Source: Armatimonadota bacterium | GTDB lineage: Bacteria > Armatimonadota > HRBIN16 | Length of the DNA stretch: 64,000 nt | Reading direction: 5' to 3' | Assembly: GCA_963677485.1 (NCBI GenBank) | Contig: OY781964.1 | Span: forward strand, 1,664,001 to 1,728,000 | Part shown: piece by piece, positions 59,382 through 64,000 of the stretch | How the letters are laid out: each line of letters starts with the position of its first letter | Position numbering within the stretch: the stretch's first letter is position 1 | Position numbers and translations under genes: made by a program | The notes under the pieces: generated by a model | Told to the model about the DNA's origin: nothing | The model's input: the letters and a program-made list of their open reading frames with translations, nothing else | Database searches by the model: none

Positions 59382-60530
59382 ATGGCTACACCTCTTCATA
59401 AAAAGGTGATGAACCGCATCCGATTTGACTTCATACTCAACGGCCGAGTCGTAGCAGGGGCACGTCTGCCTGGGGCACGCGAACTAGCCAGATTATACGG
59501 TGTCGCGGTGACCACCGTGGTGCACGCTCTGAACGAAATGGAGCTGGAAGGCTGGATCAACAAACGGCGCGGCAGCGGCTGTTATGTCACGCGGCAGGCG
59601 TTGATGAGTCGACCTGAGATGTTGGGACTGGTGGCCTATAGTCCGAAAAATGAGACCGTATTGCGGTTCTACCAGGGAGTGGAGCGCGCCGCGCGCCGCC
59701 GTGAGATGCACGTGGTGATGGCCAACTCCGATGGCGGTTACGAGCTGGAGCACCTGCAGGTCAAGCGGCTGGTCGAAGCGGGCTGCCGCGCGCTGGTCAT
59801 CCTGCCCACCACCCGCACTCGGAAGCAGATGGCCCGCGACTACCTGCGAACCGAGTTCCGTGATATCCCGATTGTGCTGGTCGACATCGCCTATCCTGAA
59901 CAACGCCGCGCCAGTGTGCTGTTTGACAACTACCAGGCCGGCTATGACATGACCGAATACATCGTCAAGCAGGGCTGCAAGCGAATCGCGTTCATGGATA
60001 TCGCCGATGCAGATGAGACCAACCTGTTGATGCACCGCTCCACCAAGGAGCGATATCAAGGCTATCGCGACGCTCTGCGTGACCTGGGCATTGTGTTCCA
60101 CCGTGAAGATGTGCTGATGGTGGATGACCTCATGTTCCAGACAGACCCTACCACAATGCTGATCGCCTTCCTGCGCAGGGTGCAGCAGGAACCGGAGCCC
60201 GTCGATGCCCTCATCTCGCTGTATGACCCATGGGCTGTGATGTGCATCCGGCTGGCTCGCGAAATGGGCATCAAAATCCCCGGACAGCTACTCGTCACCG
60301 GTTTTGACAACCTCACCATGCCGGGTTATCCGCGAGATTTCGTCACCACCAGCCCGGACTTCCGGCGTGCGGGCGAATTGGCGGTGCGTCTGGCGGTAGA
60401 ACTGACCGTCACACGGCAGAATACGCTGCCCAGTTATGTGCTGCCAGTGCCGCTGCTGATCCCGCCCCCACCGGTGGCTGTTGAGCCCACGGCAGAGGCA
60501 CCAGCAGCCGATAACCCACAACCGGAGTAA
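59382..60530 (+). CDS. GntR-HTH / LacI sugar-binding transcriptional regulator (AraR-like)
   Basis: RLPGARELA..YGV...TV..AL..ME.EG.I.KRRGSG; periplasmic-binding domain ER..GY..AL, VTGFDN; GGAGG RBS. Confidence 0.9.
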   Translation: MATPLHKKVMNRIRFDFILNGRVVAGARLPGARELARLYGVAVTTVVHALNEMELEGWINKRRGSGCYVTRQALMSRPEMLGLVAYSPKNETVLRFYQGVERAARRREMHVVMANSDGGYELEHLQVKRLVEAGCRALVILPTTRTRKQMARDYLRTEFRDIPIVLVDIAYPEQRRASVLFDNYQAGYDMTEYIVKQGCKRIAFMDIADADETNLLMHRSTKERYQGYRDALRDLGIVFHREDVLMVDDLMFQTDPTTMLIAFLRRVQQEPEPVDALISLYDPWAVMCIRLAREMGIKIPGQLLVTGFDNLTMPGYPRDFVTTSPDFRRAGELAVRLAVELTVTRQNTLPSYVLPVPLLIPPPPVAVEPTAEAPAADNPQPE

Positions 60531-60532
60531 CT

Positions 60533-62533
60533 ATGAAGACGCGCGTGTTTCTCTCAATAGCGACCGCCATATGGGGCGTTGCATCGATGGCCCATGCCGG
60601 GGAATGGGTTTGGCCGCTCGATCTCACATCAAAGCAGCAGCCCATTCGGTCGGTGGCGGTGAATATGAGCGGGGCGCCAGCCGATACGGTCGATGCCAAC
60701 GACTGCCAACTTGAGGGTGGTGTCGCTTACCCAGACCCAGCTGCATTGGGTGGACAGGCTGTGGGAGCATTTGGCAACAAGCCGGGGCACCGGATCACCA
60801 TCAAAGGCGTGAAGCCAACGGGTGTGGTGAGCATCTACGTGAATAACGGCAATGGCCGTCAGACGCAGTTTGGGCTATATGTCAACGGCCAGCGCAAAGC
60901 CACGCTGATAGCTCCGGCAACCCCAAACTGGTATTCGCCGTTTGTTCCCGTGGAATACCGTGGCGACTTTCAAGGTGAGGTCGCCATTGGTGTGGATGAA
61001 GCGGATGTCGCCGCCAACAAGAACGACTTCTGCATGAATATCGACCGATTTGAGTTCTCTGAGAGGCGAGCTTCCCAGGACATCTGGCTGCCTTTGGCCA
61101 AAGGTAAGCTGAGCCTGTCGGCTCAAAGCTTCATCATGGGATACAAGGTCAAGGCGCCTAAGGGGCTGAACACGCAGTTGGTGCTGGAAGCCGCAGATGG
61201 CAGCCGGTATAAATCCAAACAGTGGAACCAGTGGGGGAACAACTCCTGGGAGAATGCCAACCTGACATTTGATAACTTCACGCCTCATCTTGATGTCAGT
61301 AAGCTGAAGACCGGTGTCTGGAAACTCGGTTTGTACATCCGTGAGACACTCAAGCCTGTAAGGGGCACTTGTCAGGTGCAGCGGGTGATATTCAGCGATG
61401 TGTGGCCCTCTCAACCGTCAGCAGGCAGCCCGTTCGCCCCAAGCAAGCTGTATGCCGGGGTGCGGTTTACAGGTCGACACGCCCACTACACGCAGGCTGA
61501 TACCTGGTACCCCACTTGGGCTTCCGATGGCAACCTCTACTCACCCTATACCGATGGCACAGTAGATGGCGTGTTCAGCCGTTCAGACAACGTGGGCGCC
61601 ACCACAGGCATGGCCAAAATCGTGGGTGATGACCCCATGAAATTGAAGGTCAGCACCCTTGGGCTCTATTCAAGCTCACCATGGCCCTTCGCTACGCGGA
61701 ATCCGTGTGGTTCGCTGCTTTACAACGGTGTTTGGTACTACGGAACCTACATCCTGAACAGCGGCAGCTGGCCCGTGAAGGATACTGAGCAGATGTTCCA
61801 GGGGCCATTTGTAGGGTTCCGGACCAGCAAGGACTATGGCAAGAGCTGGACGGAGACCCCCTGCACACCTCAAAGCAATCTGTTCGGCGAGCGCGTCGAC
61901 AAGAACCCCTCTGGCGGATACACCAAAATCCGAATGGGCACCCCTCATTTCGTGGATTTCGGCAAGAACATGCAATACAGCCCAGATGGATATGCCTACC
62001 TTGTGGCGCACGGCAACCAGAGGCCTGTCAGCAACCAGAACTGGATACTGGGTGACGGGGTGTACCTCTGTCGCGTAAAACCCAGCGTGAAGAACATCAA
62101 CGATATCAATGCCTACCAGTTCTTCGCAGGCTATCAAGCGGATGGTCAGCCGGTATGGAGCCACCGCTTCGAAGATATTAAGCCGCTGTTTACCTGGAAC
62201 CAGCGGGCTGGTTGTGTGACGATGAGCTACATACCCATGTCCAAACGATACATCATGACAGTCAGCAATGGCGATAATGTCAGTTCCCCATTCAACACCT
62301 ATATCCTGGAGAGCGACAAGCTGACAGGCCCTTTCAATATGGTGACATACATGGAAGGCTTCGGCCGGCAAGCCTATTTTGTGAACATTCCCAGCAAGTT
62401 CATCCAGCCCAATGGAAATCGCATGTGGCTGTGTTATAGTGCAAACTGGACGGGTCACCTAACGAACCCTCCAGGTGCATCGTATTGTATGAATTTGTCC
62501 GAATTTGACTTAGTTCCTCGTCATACTAAATGA
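60533..62533 (+). CDS. Secreted protein with CBM-like N-terminus and DUF4185-like beta-propeller
   Basis: Signal peptide; LYVNG and NIDRF CBM pattern; ADTWYP.WASDG.LY, S.DYGK.W, QAYFVNIPSKF. Confidence 0.7.
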   Translation: MKTRVFLSIATAIWGVASMAHAGEWVWPLDLTSKQQPIRSVAVNMSGAPADTVDANDCQLEGGVAYPDPAALGGQAVGAFGNKPGHRITIKGVKPTGVVSIYVNNGNGRQTQFGLYVNGQRKATLIAPATPNWYSPFVPVEYRGDFQGEVAIGVDEADVAANKNDFCMNIDRFEFSERRASQDIWLPLAKGKLSLSAQSFIMGYKVKAPKGLNTQLVLEAADGSRYKSKQWNQWGNNSWENANLTFDNFTPHLDVSKLKTGVWKLGLYIRETLKPVRGTCQVQRVIFSDVWPSQPSAGSPFAPSKLYAGVRFTGRHAHYTQADTWYPTWASDGNLYSPYTDGTVDGVFSRSDNVGATTGMAKIVGDDPMKLKVSTLGLYSSSPWPFATRNPCGSLLYNGVWYYGTYILNSGSWPVKDTEQMFQGPFVGFRTSKDYGKSWTETPCTPQSNLFGERVDKNPSGGYTKIRMGTPHFVDFGKNMQYSPDGYAYLVAHGNQRPVSNQNWILGDGVYLCRVKPSVKNINDINAYQFFAGYQADGQPVWSHRFEDIKPLFTWNQRAGCVTMSYIPMSKRYIMTVSNGDNVSSPFNTYILESDKLTGPFNMVTYMEGFGRQAYFVNIPSKFIQPNGNRMWLCYSANWTGHLTNPPGASYCMNLSEFDLVPRHTK

Positions 62534-62563
62534 ACCAGGATAATCCAAAGGAGCGTACTTTCA

Positions 62564-64000
62564 ATGAACCGAGTGCAGATGATCCCGTCACCAGCCAGCA
62601 TTTCAGACAATGGGGGCAGCATAAAAGTCACCTCAGCTAACAGCATCGTGTTTAAAAAGTATGCGAAAGATGATGCGGTTTTATTGCAGCAGATGATCGT
62701 GCAGTTGGGTGGGCCCAAGATACCCGTCACCTCTTACCGGGCAGACACAGGGGACATCCAGGTGGCTTTCAATGCCAACTACACCGATGAGAGCTATACC
62801 ATCGATGTCGATGAGTGTGTGAAGGTCACTGGTAAACCAAAAACCGGCCTGAGTTGGGGCATCGTCAGCCTGTTACAGATGATGGAAATCACGCCAGACG
62901 CCGTCTCAATCCCCCGAGTCAATATTAAAGACAAACCAGAAAGCCCATTCCGCAGTGTGATGGTGGACCTGGCACGCAAGTGGCACCCCATGCCATCGCT
63001 ATATAATATAGTGCTGATGTGCTGGTGGTATAAGATCAAGTATCTGCATCTGCACCTGACCGATGATCAGAGTTGGACACTACCCAGCAAGCGTTACCCG
63101 AAACTGCCCACACCGGAACGCCACTATTCCGCAACGGAGCTTAAGAAACTAAATAGTTTTGCTCAGCAGCATGGAGTGACCATCGTGCCGGAGGTTGATA
63201 TGCCCGGCCACAGCCTGGCGCTGGTAAAGGCTCTGCCCAAAATCGTAGGCAATGAATCGGCAGGGGCCGCCAAGACCACCAAGGGCGACGGAGTCATCCA
63301 TCCTGGTATGACAGGTGAAGAGGCTGCAAGTGCCATCTGCCCGGGACGCGAAAGCACCTATGAGTTCATGCGTGACATAGTGGAGCAGCTCTGCCGTCTC
63401 TTCCCAGACAGCCCCTACATTCACATCGGGGCCGATGAAGTCAATAAAGTTCCGTGGACGACGTGTATTCACTGTGCAAAATACATGCAAAAGCACGGGT
63501 TGGACGACGTGGAAGAACTCTACCGGCACTTTATTGTCAGGATGAACGATGTGGTGCGGGAATGTGGCAAGCAGACCATCGTATGGGAAGGCTTCAAGGT
63601 CAAAGGCAAGGTTGAGATACCACGCAACATCATCGTGATGGAATTTGAGAACCACTATGAGTTGCCAACTCCTCTGCTCAAAGCTGGCTACAGCCTGGTC
63701 AACACAAGCTGGCAGCCGCTCTACATCGTCCCAACGGTGAGCTGGCCGGCTGACCACATTCTGAAGTGGAATATCTGGCGGTGGGAGCATTGGTGGAACC
63801 AGAGCCAAGCATTCCCCAACGGCATTAATGTTCACAAGACCAGCCAGGTGCTGGGTGCCGGCATGTGCGCCTGGGAAATGGATCCTGAGCCAGAGATCAT
63901 CGCCTTCCTGCCGAGAGTGCCCGCCTTGTCTGAGCGCACTTGGAACACCAAAGCCGAGGTGAACTATGATTCCTGGCTCGCAAGCTGGAACCATATCAAC
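62564..64000 (+). CDS. GH20 beta-N-acetylhexosaminidase, runs off the right edge
   Basis: Not in the ORF track. Translated by hand from ATG 62564 (AAGGAG): RSVMVDLAR, LHLHLTDDQSW, PEVDMPGH, HIGADEV. Confidence 0.9.
   Translation, partial: MNRVQMIPSPASISDNGGSIKVTSANSIVFKKYAKDDAVLLQQMIVQLGGPKIPVTSYRADTGDIQVAFNANYTDESYTIDVDECVKVTGKPKTGLSWGIVSLLQMMEITPDAVSIPRVNIKDKPESPFRSVMVDLARKWHPMPSLYNIVLMCWWYKIKYLHLHLTDDQSWTLPSKRYPKLPTPERHYSATELKKLNSFAQQHGVTIVPEVDMPGHSLALVKALPKIVGNESAGAAKTTKGDGVIHPGMTGEEAASAICPGRESTYEFMRDIVEQLCRLFPDSPYIHIGADEVNKVPWTTCIHCAKYMQKHGLDDVEELYRHFIVRMNDVVRECGKQTIVWEGFKVKGKVEIPRNIIVMEFENHYELPTPLLKAGYSLVNTSWQPLYIVPTVSWPADHILKWNIWRWEHWWNQSQAFPNGINVHKTSQVLGAGMCAWEMDPEPEIIAFLPRVPALSERTWNTKAEVNYDSWLASWNHIN

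Noticed and set aside
62530-62640. ATG overlapping the upstream stop as the GH20 start
   Set aside because: That frame closes after about 36 codons; the GH20 frame begins at 62564 with an AAGGAG RBS.

Overview
GC-rich bacterial chromosomal window dominated by carbohydrate-catabolism genes: GH38, two GH99-like, DUF5703/GH95-like, DUF2961/GH172, GH20, a CBM9-like protein, a sodium:solute symporter and a GntR/LacI regulator. It also carries an orphan glycyl-radical enzyme, mutY, radC, an ABC exporter, a two-component system and two URO-D-family genes. An AT-richer island (~25985-35700) holds a RelBE-type toxin-antitoxin pair and a ~1623-aa SF1 helicase + Vsr-like nuclease gene. That gene is split by an IS21 element (5-bp target duplication) and an IS3/IS481-like element (14-bp duplication) and can be rejoined in frame. 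Other notable signals: a tandem triplet of unknown membrane proteins coupled to a winged-helix regulator; a MutY lacking its catalytic Glu; a surface FGE/CLec protein with a DGR-target-like C-terminus; an orphan three-stem non-coding element resembling an IS110 bridge-RNA end; and mosaic intergenic arrays of short periodic or palindromic repeats. No rRNA, tRNA, CRISPR array or reverse transcriptase was recognised. All family calls come from motif reading by eye; no database searches were run.
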